A stretch of 64,000 nucleotides of DNA from Gemmatimonadota bacterium (GCA_039586795.1 JBDHJS010000007.1:1-64000); one strand, 5' to 3'; numbered from the stretch's first letter, positions 46,461 through 57,054 are shown. The notes: a model not told the origin generated them from the letters alone. A program made the numbers and translations.

Positions 46461-47278
46461 CCGGGACGTCGGCCTTCGAAGTGAGGGGTCTGCGTTTCAG
46501 CTACCCGGGCGCTGCGCGACCGGCGTTGGAAGATGTACGCCTGAGCATCCAGCCCGGTGCACTCTACGCCGTGATCGGCCCGAACGGTTCCGGCAAGTCG
46601 ACGTTGCTGAAACTCCTGCTCGGCGCATTGAAGCCCGAGACGGGCGATGTCTTGTATTCGGGCCGGCCGGTGGAGGAGTGGAGTCGTCGTTCGCTGGCGC
46701 AACGGATCGGCGTGGTGCCGCAAGGCGAAGAGACGGCGTTCCCAGTCACGGTTCGAGAGATGGTGGAGATGGGGCGCTATCCTCACCTCGGGATCCTAGG
46801 TCGTCCAAGCGTGGACGATGTGCGAGCCATTGATGACGCGATGCAGCACTGCGATGTCGACGGTCTTAAAGACCGGCCCATCTCCAGATTGTCCGGCGGC
46901 GAGCGTCAGCGCGCTCTCATCGCTCGAGCGCTTGCTCAAGAGCCGACGACGCTTGTCCTCGACGAGCCTACGGTCTCGCTCGACATCCGTCACGAGATGG
47001 AGATCTTCGAGCTGCTCGCCGAGTTGACGAGCACGCATGGCAAGACCGTCGTCCTAGTCACCCACCACCTCAATCTGGCGGCCCGCTACGCGGATCGATT
47101 GCTGCTGCTCGACGCGGGCCGCCCGATCGCCGAAGGAACGCCGTCCGAGGTGCTCACGCGGGAAACGATCGAGCGGGTCTACCAATGGTCGGTGGCCGTC
47201 GGCGCGCATCCAGGCCCCGGCCGCGACGCGGGAGCGCCACAGGTAACCCCTTTGGCGGGCGAAGAGACCCGCGAATGA
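46457..47278 (+). CDS. btuD: ABC ATPase (BtuD/FepC-like)
   Basis: GPNGSGKST, LSGGERQR and LDEP motifs; ATGA overlap. Confidence 0.88.
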   Translation: MTGTSAFEVRGLRFSYPGAARPALEDVRLSIQPGALYAVIGPNGSGKSTLLKLLLGALKPETGDVLYSGRPVEEWSRRSLAQRIGVVPQGEETAFPVTVREMVEMGRYPHLGILGRPSVDDVRAIDDAMQHCDVDGLKDRPISRLSGGERQRALIARALAQEPTTLVLDEPTVSLDIRHEMEIFELLAELTSTHGKTVVLVTHHLNLAARYADRLLLLDAGRPIAEGTPSEVLTRETIERVYQWSVAVGAHPGPGRDAGAPQVTPLAGEETRE

Positions 47279-47296
47279 ACTCGTTATCGGGGAACT

Positions 47297-47887
47297 CTAG
47301 CGTGAGCCACCCGGCGTGAAAGGCGGTGGCACACGCTGGCTCTCGTACCAGAAGGCGCCGGGGAAGTCGGCTTCTTTCTGATTCTTCTTGCCGCTCCAGC
47401 TTTCGATCTCGATGCGGTGCACCGAAGTGCGATCCAGTTCTTCCTGATTGGCCGGTCGGTAGTCGCGGCCCGGCTTCAAGTGCGGGGCGTACTTGTCCAT
47501 GAGCATCTGCAAGGCGCGAGCTTTTTTGGCATCGTCTTCCACGACGCTGCCGCGTCCGAACACCGTCACGCTGGCGTATTCCACGCTGAACTCGAGAGCG
47601 ACCTTGTCTGGTAGAATCCGACCCATTTCGCTAACGCTGAAACAGACCTTCGCTCCGCTTTCCAAGTTCGACCGCGTGCGGCCAACGCGAGCGCCGTGCA
47701 CGTAGATGACGTTTGACTCCTCGTCATAGACGTAGTTCTGCGTGTTGATGAACGGCTGTCCGTCAGCTACCGTGGCCAGCGCTCCCCAGGCACCCGAGTG
47801 CAAGAAAGCGCGGATCCAGTCTTCGTCTTGGGCCCTATCGCGGCGTCGCATTTCATTGATCGATTGATCGCTTCGATTCCCGGGCAT
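47297..47887 (-). CDS. Pyridoxamine 5'-phosphate oxidase-like (NimA-like) flavin-binding protein
   Basis: MRRRDR, YVHGA...G, VCFSV, YASVTVFG and SGK motifs. Confidence 0.85.
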   Translation of the reverse strand: MPGNRSDQSINEMRRRDRAQDEDWIRAFLHSGAWGALATVADGQPFINTQNYVYDEESNVIYVHGARVGRTRSNLESGAKVCFSVSEMGRILPDKVALEFSVEYASVTVFGRGSVVEDDAKKARALQMLMDKYAPHLKPGRDYRPANQEELDRTSVHRIEIESWSGKKNQKEADFPGAFWYESQRVPPPFTPGGSR

Positions 47888-48061
47888 TCCGTCCTCCTGT
47901 GGCTCGGCGATGTCTTATCTATAGGCGTCCGATCGACCCCACAAGTTGGAATCATTCCAGCGTTGTTATGCAAACGGTGGAGTGGTAGCTTCACAGCGTC
48001 GCAGCCACCCACCGCCCCGAGACGGAGGCATGCACTCCTTCTCAAAGAAGGGCTCGCAGCG

Positions 48062-50368
48062 GTGAAGACTTTCCTCACCGAACTGAAGCGACGCCGCGTC
48101 TACCGCGTTGCCGTCGTGTACGCTGCCGTCGCCTTCGTGATATGGCAGGCGGCTGAGATCGCCTTTCCCGCACTGCGTCTCCCGGACTGGACGCTCACCC
48201 TGGTTGTTGTGCTGACCCTCGTGGGCTTCCCCATCGCCTTGATCCTCGCCTGGGCGTTCGACATCACGCCGGAAGGTGTCCAACGTACAGGACCTGACGA
48301 GCCCGACGCGGCTGAGGCTCATCATCGTTGGCCCATGGCCCTGACACTTCTGGCAGTCGTGCTGCTCCTGGTCGGCGCGGCCTTCTGGTGGGTCCGCCCT
48401 CGTATCCTGGGCCCGGTGAACCCGGACGCTCAGGTGATCGCCGTGCTCCCCTTCAACACGTCCGGCCCCGGCGTCGAGCTGCTCGGCGAAGGGATGGTCG
48501 ACCTGTTTTCGACCAACCTCAACAACGTGGGCGGAATTCGTAGCGTCGACTCGCGAACCGTGATGAACCGCTGGCAGCAGCGTGCCACTGACGGGACACT
48601 CGACATGGAGGGCGCGCTCGACCTGGGACGCGACGTGCACGCGGGCTCCGTCCTATTGGGCAGCGTGGTATCCACCGGTCCCGAGGTCCGCCTGACGGCC
48701 GAGCTGTACTCGGTGCGCGGTGGCGAGCTAGCGCGCGCCCAAGTGGATGGCCCTGTAGACAGCGTCCTTGCGCTGGTGGACGAGCTTGGAATCGATCTGC
48801 TGAGAGAGATCTGGCTAGCACGCGAGCCGCTACCTCACCTACGGGTGAGCGCTATCACTACCGCGTCTGTTGAAGCGATTCGTGCTTACCTGGAGGGCAT
48901 GCAGCACTATCGCCGCTCCGAATGGGATTCGGCGATCGTCGCGCTTCAGGCTGCCGTCGAAGAGGACTCCGCTTTCGCGCTGGCTCATCACAAGCTTGCC
49001 ACTGCCTACGGATGGAGCACGCGGCACGGCATGTACTCCCCGGGTACTTACCGCCACAGCGCGGCGGCGCTCCGTAACATCGAACGCCTGCCGACCCGCG
49101 AACGCACTTTGCTGGTGGGCAACTACATGCACGAGCGGGGTGAGCCGGCAGCACTCGATACCTTTGAGACCTATGTCGCCTCCTACCCTGACGATCCGGA
49201 GGGCTGGTTCCAACTGGCCGACGTGCGATTCCACGCACAGCACATCTACGGCTTCGATCTCGAGACGCTCTATTCAGGTTTTGAGCGCGTGCTGAAACTC
49301 GACCCCTCGTATTCCCCGGCCGCGTTCCATCTTCTGCAATTGAGCCTCGCTTACAACGACAGCTCACGCTACTACCGGTATCTCGGCGAGTACGAAACGG
49401 CTGGGGCCGACGAATCGCTCGTCGAGCTCTTCGCTGTATCGACGGCGCTGTGGACTCGACCGGACTCTCTTCTGGAAGTCTTCTCCTTGGTATGGGAAGA
49501 CGGCCATGCCGGGAGCTTGCCCTTCTGGTTTGTCCAGGCGACCTACACATCGGATGCTATCGCTCCTGGCGACCTGATCGACTCTCTCGACCCTGCAGCT
49601 CCGCTGCCGGCGGTGCCTGACATGTATCTCGAGTACCGGTATTGGCTGGGATTCTGGTGCCTTGCCGGGCTTGGACAGCTCGACGACGCTAGACCGTGGC
49701 TTGACAGGCTGGCAGCCGCTTCGCAGGCCGGCCGGTATGCTAGCCTGTGGCCGGTTTTCGCAGGGCTCGCCGACTCCGCCTATGCTGCGGAAGCGCTGCG
49801 CCTCACCCGGGAGCCTCCTCGGCTACCAGCAGACCGCCCGATCCGTGCCTACTTCCGAATGCTGTTCGCCCTGAGCCAGGGGGACACTCCGACCGCCAGA
49901 CAGTGGGCGGAACAAGCGCTGGTCCCGGACTCAGTGATCGACCCCGACGTGATGGGCGGCCTTGTACGAGCTGGACTTGGTTGGGCCGACTTGCTCGACG
50001 GCGACACGCTTTCCGCTCTACGGAAGCTCGATGAAGGGATCGAGAATGCTGGATACGGCCCGATAGCTATGATGATGGGAACACAGCAGCGCTTCGTTCG
50101 GGGCGCCGCGCTCGCCGCTCGCGCGGATACACGCGACCGCGGCATCCGTTTGCTGCGCTATAGTCTCACGATGGATGTGATTCACTTGCCGCTGGTCTAC
50201 CTGGTCATCGGTCAAGCGCTGGAACAAGAGGGCGATATCGCCGGAGCGATCCAAGCCTACTCTCGTTTCGTTCGACTCTGGGAAGACGCCGATCCCGAAC
50301 TGCAGCCGCGAGTCGAGACCGCGCGACGTGCCCTCGCACGATTGACCGCCGAAGGCTCCTCGCCCTGA
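48062..50368 (+). CDS. Membrane-anchored TolB_N-like/TPR protein
   Basis: ELKRRRVYRVAVVY...GFPIALILAWAFDITPEG N-terminus, IAVLPF, TPR-like helices. Confidence 0.8.
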   Translation: MKTFLTELKRRRVYRVAVVYAAVAFVIWQAAEIAFPALRLPDWTLTLVVVLTLVGFPIALILAWAFDITPEGVQRTGPDEPDAAEAHHRWPMALTLLAVVLLLVGAAFWWVRPRILGPVNPDAQVIAVLPFNTSGPGVELLGEGMVDLFSTNLNNVGGIRSVDSRTVMNRWQQRATDGTLDMEGALDLGRDVHAGSVLLGSVVSTGPEVRLTAELYSVRGGELARAQVDGPVDSVLALVDELGIDLLREIWLAREPLPHLRVSAITTASVEAIRAYLEGMQHYRRSEWDSAIVALQAAVEEDSAFALAHHKLATAYGWSTRHGMYSPGTYRHSAAALRNIERLPTRERTLLVGNYMHERGEPAALDTFETYVASYPDDPEGWFQLADVRFHAQHIYGFDLETLYSGFERVLKLDPSYSPAAFHLLQLSLAYNDSSRYYRYLGEYETAGADESLVELFAVSTALWTRPDSLLEVFSLVWEDGHAGSLPFWFVQATYTSDAIAPGDLIDSLDPAAPLPAVPDMYLEYRYWLGFWCLAGLGQLDDARPWLDRLAAASQAGRYASLWPVFAGLADSAYAAEALRLTREPPRLPADRPIRAYFRMLFALSQGDTPTARQWAEQALVPDSVIDPDVMGGLVRAGLGWADLLDGDTLSALRKLDEGIENAGYGPIAMMMGTQQRFVRGAALAARADTRDRGIRLLRYSLTMDVIHLPLVYLVIGQALEQEGDIAGAIQAYSRFVRLWEDADPELQPRVETARRALARLTAEGSSP

Positions 50369-50436
50369 ACAACAAGCCTTCCTGGGAATCAGTCGACATT
50401 GTCCTTCCGCGCTCTGCCCGGTAGCTTTGCCGTCCT

Positions 50437-51144
50437 ATGAATAGAGGCCAGATCTGCGCCGGGACTTCCGGCTTCTCGTATCCGGAATGGAAGGGCTCGT
50501 TCTATCCGGAGAAGCTGCCCCAAAAGAGGTTCCTCGAATACTACGCTGGCAAGTTCTCGACCGTCGAGATCAACAACACGTTCTATCGCTTCCCACGGTC
50601 AAGCCTGCTGGAAGGGTGGCGCGATGGAACGCCCGATGGCTTCACTTTCGCCGTGAAGGCGAACCAAGGGATCACTCACAAAGGTCGCTTGCGCGAAGTC
50701 GAGGAGCTGACTCGAGACTTCATCGAGCGATGCAAGTTGCTGGGGGGCAAACTCGGCCCGATCCTCTTTCAGTTGCCTCCCAATTTCAAACGCGATGACG
50801 AGCGCCTGGCGGATTTCCTGGACGCACTCGACCCACGCATGCGTTTCGCCTTCGAATTCCGTCACGCAAGCTGGTTCGATGACGCCGTGTTCGCGATGCT
50901 GTCCGACTCGGGAGCGGCGCTCTGTCTCTCGGAAGGCGATAAACTGGACACGCCACGTGTCGCCACCGGAGAGTTCGTGTACGCTCGGCTGCGCAAAGAG
51001 GAATACACGGACGCAGAGCTAGCCGACTGGCACGTCTGGATGAGCGAGCAGGCGGCGACGGGGCGAGATGTCTTCGCCTACCTGAAACACGACGAAGAGG
51101 GCGAATCGCCGGAATACGTCCTGCGGTTGCTGGCCGGGGGCTAG
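50437..51144 (+). CDS. DUF72 family protein
   Basis: GTSGFSY.EWKGSFYP, VEINNTFY, LFQLPP and EFRH motifs. Confidence 0.93.
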   Translation: MNRGQICAGTSGFSYPEWKGSFYPEKLPQKRFLEYYAGKFSTVEINNTFYRFPRSSLLEGWRDGTPDGFTFAVKANQGITHKGRLREVEELTRDFIERCKLLGGKLGPILFQLPPNFKRDDERLADFLDALDPRMRFAFEFRHASWFDDAVFAMLSDSGAALCLSEGDKLDTPRVATGEFVYARLRKEEYTDAELADWHVWMSEQAATGRDVFAYLKHDEEGESPEYVLRLLAGG

Positions 51145-51262
51145 ACAGGGCTAACGCTTGCCGGAGGGGAGCCCGGGCCTCACATTACCCGGCCTGTCGC
51201 CCATGCCGGCGCTGAGCCGGCGCCGAGCCGGGCGACTGCAAAGCCACAGGGAGGACAACAAT

Positions 51263-51457
51263 ATGGGCGGGATTTATCGTTCGCTCTACTACGCCGATGT
51301 GACGGTGGGCAGCGGCGGCAGACTCACCATTCCTCAGGAGATCCGCGAGGATCTCAGGATCGAGGACGGAAATACCCTGACGCTCAGGGTGGAAGAGAGC
51401 CCGGACGGCCAGCGCCAGATGGTGATCTGGAAGGCTGCCCAGCAACCCGACGAATAG
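51263..51457 (+). CDS. AbrB/MazE/SpoVT DNA-binding protein
   Basis: GRLTIPQEIREDLRIEDG; RBS GGGAGG. Confidence 0.85.
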   Translation: MGGIYRSLYYADVTVGSGGRLTIPQEIREDLRIEDGNTLTLRVEESPDGQRQMVIWKAAQQPDE

Positions 51458-51490
51458 ACCCCACCTCCCGACCCGCCTGCGACGGCGAAC

Positions 51491-51533
51491 AAAAAGCCGC
51501 CAGGCGCCGGATCACTGCCGCGCGCCGGGCGGC
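51491..51533 (-). terminator. Intrinsic terminator after the CBS gene
   Basis: Minus strand GCCGCCCGGCGC...GCGCCTGGCGGC followed by T5. Confidence 0.6.
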
Positions 51534-51560
51534 CGAATGAAGAGCCGCGCTCCTTGATGT

Positions 51561-52004
51561 CTACGTCGTCGCGCTAACTCCGTGGATGTAGTCCTTCAGC
51601 ATCCGGTTCTCGAATTCAGTCTTGCTGAGGTGGGAGTTCACAACGTCGCCGATCGATATGATCCCGACCAACCCTGACTCGTCAAGGATCGGGAGGTGTC
51701 GTATTCGATTCTTGGTCATGATCCCCATGACATAATTAAGATCGTCATCAGGAACTCCGATGATCACGTCCCGCGTCATCACTTCGCCTACCTCCGTCTC
51801 CTTCAATCGGTCACAGCGCTGTGAGCTCTCACGCAGGATATCTCGTTCCGAGATGATGCCGACCACGGTCCCGTTCGATGCCGTCACGACCAGGCTTCCG
51901 ATGTTGTGCTTCACCAGAGCCTCTATGGCCTCGAAAACGGTGTCTGTGGGGCTGACAGTGACGACTTCAGCGCCTTTGCCGCGCAGAATGTCTCTCACTC
52001 GCAT
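51561..52004 (-). CDS. CBS domain protein
   Basis: GIISERD, RIRHLP and GIISIGD motifs. Confidence 0.93.
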   Translation of the reverse strand: MRVRDILRGKGAEVVTVSPTDTVFEAIEALVKHNIGSLVVTASNGTVVGIISERDILRESSQRCDRLKETEVGEVMTRDVIIGVPDDDLNYVMGIMTKNRIRHLPILDESGLVGIISIGDVVNSHLSKTEFENRMLKDYIHGVSATT

Positions 52005-52202
52005 GGTTGGGGCTCCTTTCGCTAGGCGCCGCCAGCTAACCTACCAGCTGGCCACGGGCAATGACCGGCGGTTGTCATGGCAGGCGCACGAGGATTCTAC
52101 GAACGATAATTATCGCATCTATCAGGGTCGCGGCGCCAGAACCGCGTATTGTGATCGAAATTACGCTTCTGGCGCCACACCTGGTGTGTGATTTCCGGCC
52201 GC

Positions 52203-52859
52203 CTACAGCTTCTTCACCCAGATATTGCGGAAGTAGATTGGGCTGCGGCTGTCATGGTTCTGCAGGCCGATATATCCGCGTGGGGCGAAGTCGGCGATCT
52301 TGCCCCGAGGTTCGGCCTGCCAGTCGACAACGGTCTCTCCGTTGAGCTCCACCGTGATGCGGTCGCCGATGAAGCTGATGCGGTAGTGATTCCACTCGCC
52401 GGCTGGCCGGAATGCCGCGTGGGTGGGTGCCTCGGCGTCATAGACCGCGGCAGTCTGGTGGATGCCCTCGCCCACATCGTTGATCTGAACTTCGAAGCTG
52501 TGGTAGATGTAGTCGTCGCTGGTCGGTACCCCGGGCACGCGGATGAATATCCCGGAGTTGGTCACTTCGTCCGAACACCTGTACTCGAGGTCGAGGATGA
52601 AGTCGCCATATTCTTCCGCGGCGTACCACATGAGCCCCATCCCACCGTGCCCCTTTAGCACGCCCGTCTCGCGGTCGAGCTCGAAATGGCCCGGCCCGTA
52701 GTGGTTCCATCCGTGTTTGTTGAAGCGGCCGTTATGCTCCCTGAGGATCCGTTCGAAGCCGGGGCCCGGGCTCTCGTCCTGTCTGTCAGTCATGATCTCA
52801 TAGGATGCGTACAACCCGACGGGAAGCAACACGATCAAAGCAAGAGTGACCCACCTCAT
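52203..52859 (-). CDS. DUF1080 (3-keto-disaccharide hydratase-like) protein
   Basis: YGDFILDLEY, NSGIF, EVQI, GEWN and GYIGLQNH...FRNI motifs. Confidence 0.9.
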   Translation of the reverse strand: MRWVTLALIVLLPVGLYASYEIMTDRQDESPGPGFERILREHNGRFNKHGWNHYGPGHFELDRETGVLKGHGGMGLMWYAAEEYGDFILDLEYRCSDEVTNSGIFIRVPGVPTSDDYIYHSFEVQINDVGEGIHQTAAVYDAEAPTHAAFRPAGEWNHYRISFIGDRITVELNGETVVDWQAEPRGKIADFAPRGYIGLQNHDSRSPIYFRNIWVKKL

Positions 52860-52918
52860 GCAAAACCAGCCTTTCCAGTCGTAAACCATCAACGCCACCA
52901 TTAGGTCCGTGATTCTTC

Positions 52919-54172
52919 TCACCTCGAGTTCCGGGGGTTCCACTCGCCCTTCGCGACCGCGGGAACGAAGCTTTCGAGGTCCGGCGGTGGGAATGGGATC
53001 GTCTTGCCCTGCTCCGCGCTCATGTAAGCGGTCATGAGAAGCTCGGTCACATTGAGACCGTCGTCGAAGTTCTCGACCGGTCGCTTCCCGGCGAGGAACG
53101 ACCGAACCATGTGACGGTTTTCGCCGATGTAGCCGTACTCGCTCTCCTCATCGGCGACCACCGGCATCAATCCCACCTCGGCGTTTTGCTTCTCCACAAG
53201 GTCCTCACCAGAGTCACCTCGCACCTCTCGGCTGAAGAAGACGCGCGGTCCCGCATCCAGCGAGTTCACCGACAACGAATACTCCGGTCCCAGTAGCTCC
53301 ATGCTGAGGCGCAGGCCCGCACCGACGAAGCACCACGACGTGGTCGCCTCGACGATCCGCTCGTTCCCGTCCGCATCCCGATATTCGACCATGGCCCGGG
53401 CGAAGTCCTCGGCGGGCCGATTGAGGTAGTCGGTTGCGCCGTCACTGTTCTCCGACAGGATCTTCGCGTAATGCGGTTGCTGCCACTTCAGGCAGGAGGT
53501 GTGCGCCGTCACCTTGACCGGCGTCAAGACAGTTCGCTCGGCGCCCGGCGGCGTCAGCAAATGACGAGCGACCTCGACAGAGTGACACATCATGTCGTTG
53601 AGCACGCCGCCGCCCTGGAGCTCTCCCTCCCAGAACCAGGGCATATGAGGGCCGCTGTGCTCCTCCGCCGCGCGAGCCAGGTAGGGCGGTCCGGTCAACG
53701 CAGCGCCCCGAGCCCAGAGGATGTCCTTCCCGCGCACGACGGCGGGCGAAAAGAGCTGGTTTTCCAGATAGCCATCCAGGAGCCCCGCCCGCTGGACCAT
53801 CTCGAGCATCTGTCGCGCCTCGGCGGCGTTGCGGCCTAGCGGCTTCTCGCAAGCGACACCTACCAGTTCGCCTTTCCCGCTCTCGATGGCATGGACGATC
53901 TCTTCCATGATCTCGACGCGGGTGAAGTTGGGAGCACAAATCCAGAGCGCATCGATGGCGGGGTCCGCAACCATGTCGGTGACCGTATCGTAGGGCTTCG
54001 CATCACCGACACCCAGGCTATTCGCCAAGGCCACGGCTTCTTCGACTGTGCCATCGCTCCGGCCGGTGACACCCATGACATCCGCGTCGCGCACAGCTAC
54101 AAAAGATCGGACATGAAACTTTCCGACGAACCCACCGCCAACGAACCCAACGCCAAGTCTCTTATTAGCCAT
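52919..54172 (-). CDS. Gfo/Idh/MocA oxidoreductase
   Basis: GGGFVG, CEKPL and GGGVLNDMMCH motifs. Confidence 0.9.
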   Translation of the reverse strand: MANKRLGVGFVGGGFVGKFHVRSFVAVRDADVMGVTGRSDGTVEEAVALANSLGVGDAKPYDTVTDMVADPAIDALWICAPNFTRVEIMEEIVHAIESGKGELVGVACEKPLGRNAAEARQMLEMVQRAGLLDGYLENQLFSPAVVRGKDILWARGAALTGPPYLARAAEEHSGPHMPWFWEGELQGGGVLNDMMCHSVEVARHLLTPPGAERTVLTPVKVTAHTSCLKWQQPHYAKILSENSDGATDYLNRPAEDFARAMVEYRDADGNERIVEATTSWCFVGAGLRLSMELLGPEYSLSVNSLDAGPRVFFSREVRGDSGEDLVEKQNAEVGLMPVVADEESEYGYIGENRHMVRSFLAGKRPVENFDDGLNVTELLMTAYMSAEQGKTIPFPPPDLESFVPAVAKGEWNPRNSR

Positions 54173-54194
54173 TCACACTCTCTCTTGTCTTCGA

Positions 54195-55412
54195 TCAAAC
54201 CGCAGCGGTTGCCGGCGCCTTTTCTTCTCTGAAGAACAGCAGGAATGCCACGGCACAGATGATCGTCAAAACGCAAGGTACCAGGAACACGTTGGTCCAG
54301 TTTGTTCCGGCATCCGTCGTGAATACATCTTTGATCCAGCCGGCGAACAGGCTGCCGAGGAATCGACCGAATCCGAGGGCGACGATCGCGATCAAGCTTT
54401 GCGCCGATGCCCGAATGTCCGGCGGTGCCACGCTGTCCACGTAGATGAACGCCGCGACGAAGAAGAACACGTAACAGAAGCCGTGCAGCGCCATGGACGC
54501 GATCACCAGCCAGGCCGGAGCACCGATGGCAAAGATCACGTAGCGGATCGGCCAGGCGATGACGCCGAACGCCAGCGTCTTCCGCATCCCGTACTTCTTG
54601 AGGAAATGGGAGAGCAGGAACGCCATGACGAAGATCTCCGCCACCTGCGCGATCGTCATGACCAGCGGCGTGTTGTTGGGCGAGACACCGATCTTGTCCG
54701 ACTCGAGGAACGGTGCCGTCAGGATGTAGTAGAACTCCAGCTCGGTAGCCACGACGAAGGTGATGCCGATGAAGATCGCGAAGTCCTTCGACTTGAGCAT
54801 CTTCAACGACTCAAGGAACGCCCAGGGGTTCACGCCTTCTTTTTGCGGCGGCGTATGCGGAAGCGTGAACGACTGAAGCCCCATGATGATCGAGAACAGA
54901 CCGGCGAGGAACAGCATGTCGCCCTGGATGCCAGGCAGCACGTCGCCTTCCACCAGCCAGCGGCCGCCGGTCAACAGCCAACCCGCGGCGATCCAACCCA
55001 ACGTGCCGCCCACTCGAATCCCGCCGAACTCTTCCTCGGAATCGGTGAGATTCATCATGGCGATGGAGTTCGTCAGGGCGAGAGTCGGCGCGTAGACGAG
55101 GCAATAGACGAGCATCAGAATCGCCATCAGGCTGAAGTCGGTCACCCTCGACAGCGCGATCAGCAGGATGCCGCCTGAAAACGCGAGGAACCCGATGACT
55201 TTCTCGGACGCGAAATAGCGGTCGGCGACCTGTCCTCCGACGAACGGAGCGATGATCGTCGCCAGTGGAAGCAAGGCGTAAATCGCTCCGATCTGGAAGC
55301 CGCTGAAGCCGAGTCCGCTATCGCCCAGATACGCCGAGAGCACGGGGGCCCATGAGCCCCAGATGGCGTACTGGAGGAACATCATGATCCAGAGGCGGGT
55401 CTTTGCGCTCAA
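54195..55412 (-). CDS. MFS nucleoside:H+ symporter-like (NupG family)
   Basis: MMFLQYAIWGSW, IRVGGTLGWI and LHGFCY motifs; about 12 TMs. Confidence 0.88.
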   Translation of the reverse strand: MSAKTRLWIMMFLQYAIWGSWAPVLSAYLGDSGLGFSGFQIGAIYALLPLATIIAPFVGGQVADRYFASEKVIGFLAFSGGILLIALSRVTDFSLMAILMLVYCLVYAPTLALTNSIAMMNLTDSEEEFGGIRVGGTLGWIAAGWLLTGGRWLVEGDVLPGIQGDMLFLAGLFSIIMGLQSFTLPHTPPQKEGVNPWAFLESLKMLKSKDFAIFIGITFVVATELEFYYILTAPFLESDKIGVSPNNTPLVMTIAQVAEIFVMAFLLSHFLKKYGMRKTLAFGVIAWPIRYVIFAIGAPAWLVIASMALHGFCYVFFFVAAFIYVDSVAPPDIRASAQSLIAIVALGFGRFLGSLFAGWIKDVFTTDAGTNWTNVFLVPCVLTIICAVAFLLFFREEKAPATAAV

Positions 55413-55446
55413 GATTAGCTCCTATCGTTCATGGCGATCGATCATG

Positions 55447-57054
55447 TTACACGATCCTCCGATTCACGGGATCCCACGTGACTCGGCGACCTTCCATGAA
55501 CGAGCGTGTCGCCATGTGACAGGTGATCGCCTCCTCGAAGCCGCGTTCGATATCGCAGCTGACCTGGCCACCGTTGCGAATCACGTCTAACCACTCGGCG
55601 ATATGGAGGTGGTAGGCGCTGACGCGTCGGCCTCCCCGGTACGTGAAGAGCAGCCCACGGCTGGCGAAGTACTCCTCGGTCGCCGATGTCACCGCATCGA
55701 TCCCCCTGAAACCGGGGCGGTAGGTGAACATGGGCAGCGAGGGATCGATGATATCGTCATCGATCTTCTTCTCGTAACGCGTCGAGCTACGGTCGGCAGT
55801 GATCGTCAAGCCGCTGCCCACCTGCATGGTCGCATCGTGACCCATATACAGCTGGCCGCGGTACTTACCGTTAGCGAGAGTCGCGCTGTAGATCATCGTC
55901 AGGTCGCGATCGGGATACTCGAAGGCGGCCTGGAACACATCCGGCACATCGCGGCCATCCTTGAAGTAGTAGATGCCGCCAGTCGCGACGGCGCTGTGTG
56001 GGATACCGACTTCGAGAATCTGGTTCACCGCGTCGAACTCGTGGGACAGCAGGTCACCGGAGAGGCCGGTACCGTAGTCGTACCAGCAACGCCACCGGAA
56101 GAATCTCTCGAGGCTGAACGGTACCTTATTGGGCGCCGGACCCTGAAACAGATCCCAGTCGATGGTGTTCTCATTGCCCTCTTCGTGAATGTCGTACTGC
56201 CAGGCGCCCGTTGGACTGTTCCGGTTCGTTGTAGTCTCGACAAGCGTGATCGGGCCGAGGATGTCATGGTCCATTATCTCCCGGGCCTTTATGTGGGCCT
56301 CGGACTGGCGGTTCTGATGTCCCAACTGGAAGACGATGTCCGAGTTGGTCACGGCATCGTACATCGCGTGCGCCTCTTCCTCCGTGCGAGTCATGCACTT
56401 CTCGCAGTATACGTGCTTACCAGCCGCCGCCGCGTCGACTGTCATCTGGGAGTGCCAGTGGTCCGGCGTTGCGATGATCACGGCATCGACGTCGGGACTA
56501 TCGAGGAGATCCTGATAGTTGACGAAGCGTGTCGCGCCCGCGCCCGCCGGTGCGCCACCGGGCCGCACATCGTTTTTTGAGGCGGCGATGCCGCGCTCGG
56601 CTCTGACGTCGAACACGTCGCACACAGCCGTGAGTTCGACATTCAGATCATCCTGTGCGAGCCAGTTCTCCAGCCGTTTGTTCTTTGGATCCTCCTCAGC
56701 GGCCTTCCTCAGGTCCTCTACCCAATCGGGAGGAGCGAAACCAGCGTTCCTCAGCAGCGATTGGCCTTCTCCACCGTTGCCGATGATGCCCAGCCGGATT
56801 CGATCGCCTGGCGGACGCGAGATGGCCTCGGGAATGACGGCCGGCGCGCCCTCCGTGACACCCAGCTCGGACAGGATCTCGCTGCGCCTGAAATCGTCCT
56901 CGGCCTTCTTCTTCAGAAAACCGTAGAAGAACACGCCGAGGACGGGAATCGAGGCCAGCGCCTTGAGCACATCCCTGCGGTTTATGCCGCCAGTCGCACC
57001 GGATTCGGGCGTTCCGGAGTGGTTCATGCCTGTGTCTTTCTTCTCGGGTTCCAT
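55447..57054 (-). CDS. Tat-targeted Gfo/Idh/MocA oxidoreductase
   Basis: NRRDVLK, IATPDHWH, HVYCEK and WRCWYDYGTG motifs. Confidence 0.9.
   Translation of the reverse strand: MEPEKKDTGMNHSGTPESGATGGINRRDVLKALASIPVLGVFFYGFLKKKAEDDFRRSEILSELGVTEGAPAVIPEAISRPPGDRIRLGIIGNGGEGQSLLRNAGFAPPDWVEDLRKAAEEDPKNKRLENWLAQDDLNVELTAVCDVFDVRAERGIAASKNDVRPGGAPAGAGATRFVNYQDLLDSPDVDAVIIATPDHWHSQMTVDAAAAGKHVYCEKCMTRTEEEAHAMYDAVTNSDIVFQLGHQNRQSEAHIKAREIMDHDILGPITLVETTTNRNSPTGAWQYDIHEEGNENTIDWDLFQGPAPNKVPFSLERFFRWRCWYDYGTGLSGDLLSHEFDAVNQILEVGIPHSAVATGGIYYFKDGRDVPDVFQAAFEYPDRDLTMIYSATLANGKYRGQLYMGHDATMQVGSGLTITADRSSTRYEKKIDDDIIDPSLPMFTYRPGFRGIDAVTSATEEYFASRGLLFTYRGGRRVSAYHLHIAEWLDVIRNGGQVSCDIERGFEEAITCHMATRSFMEGRRVTWDPVNRRIV

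Noticed and set aside
51263..51457. Toxin-antitoxin pair around the AbrB/MazE gene
   Set aside because: No toxin-like ORF follows it.
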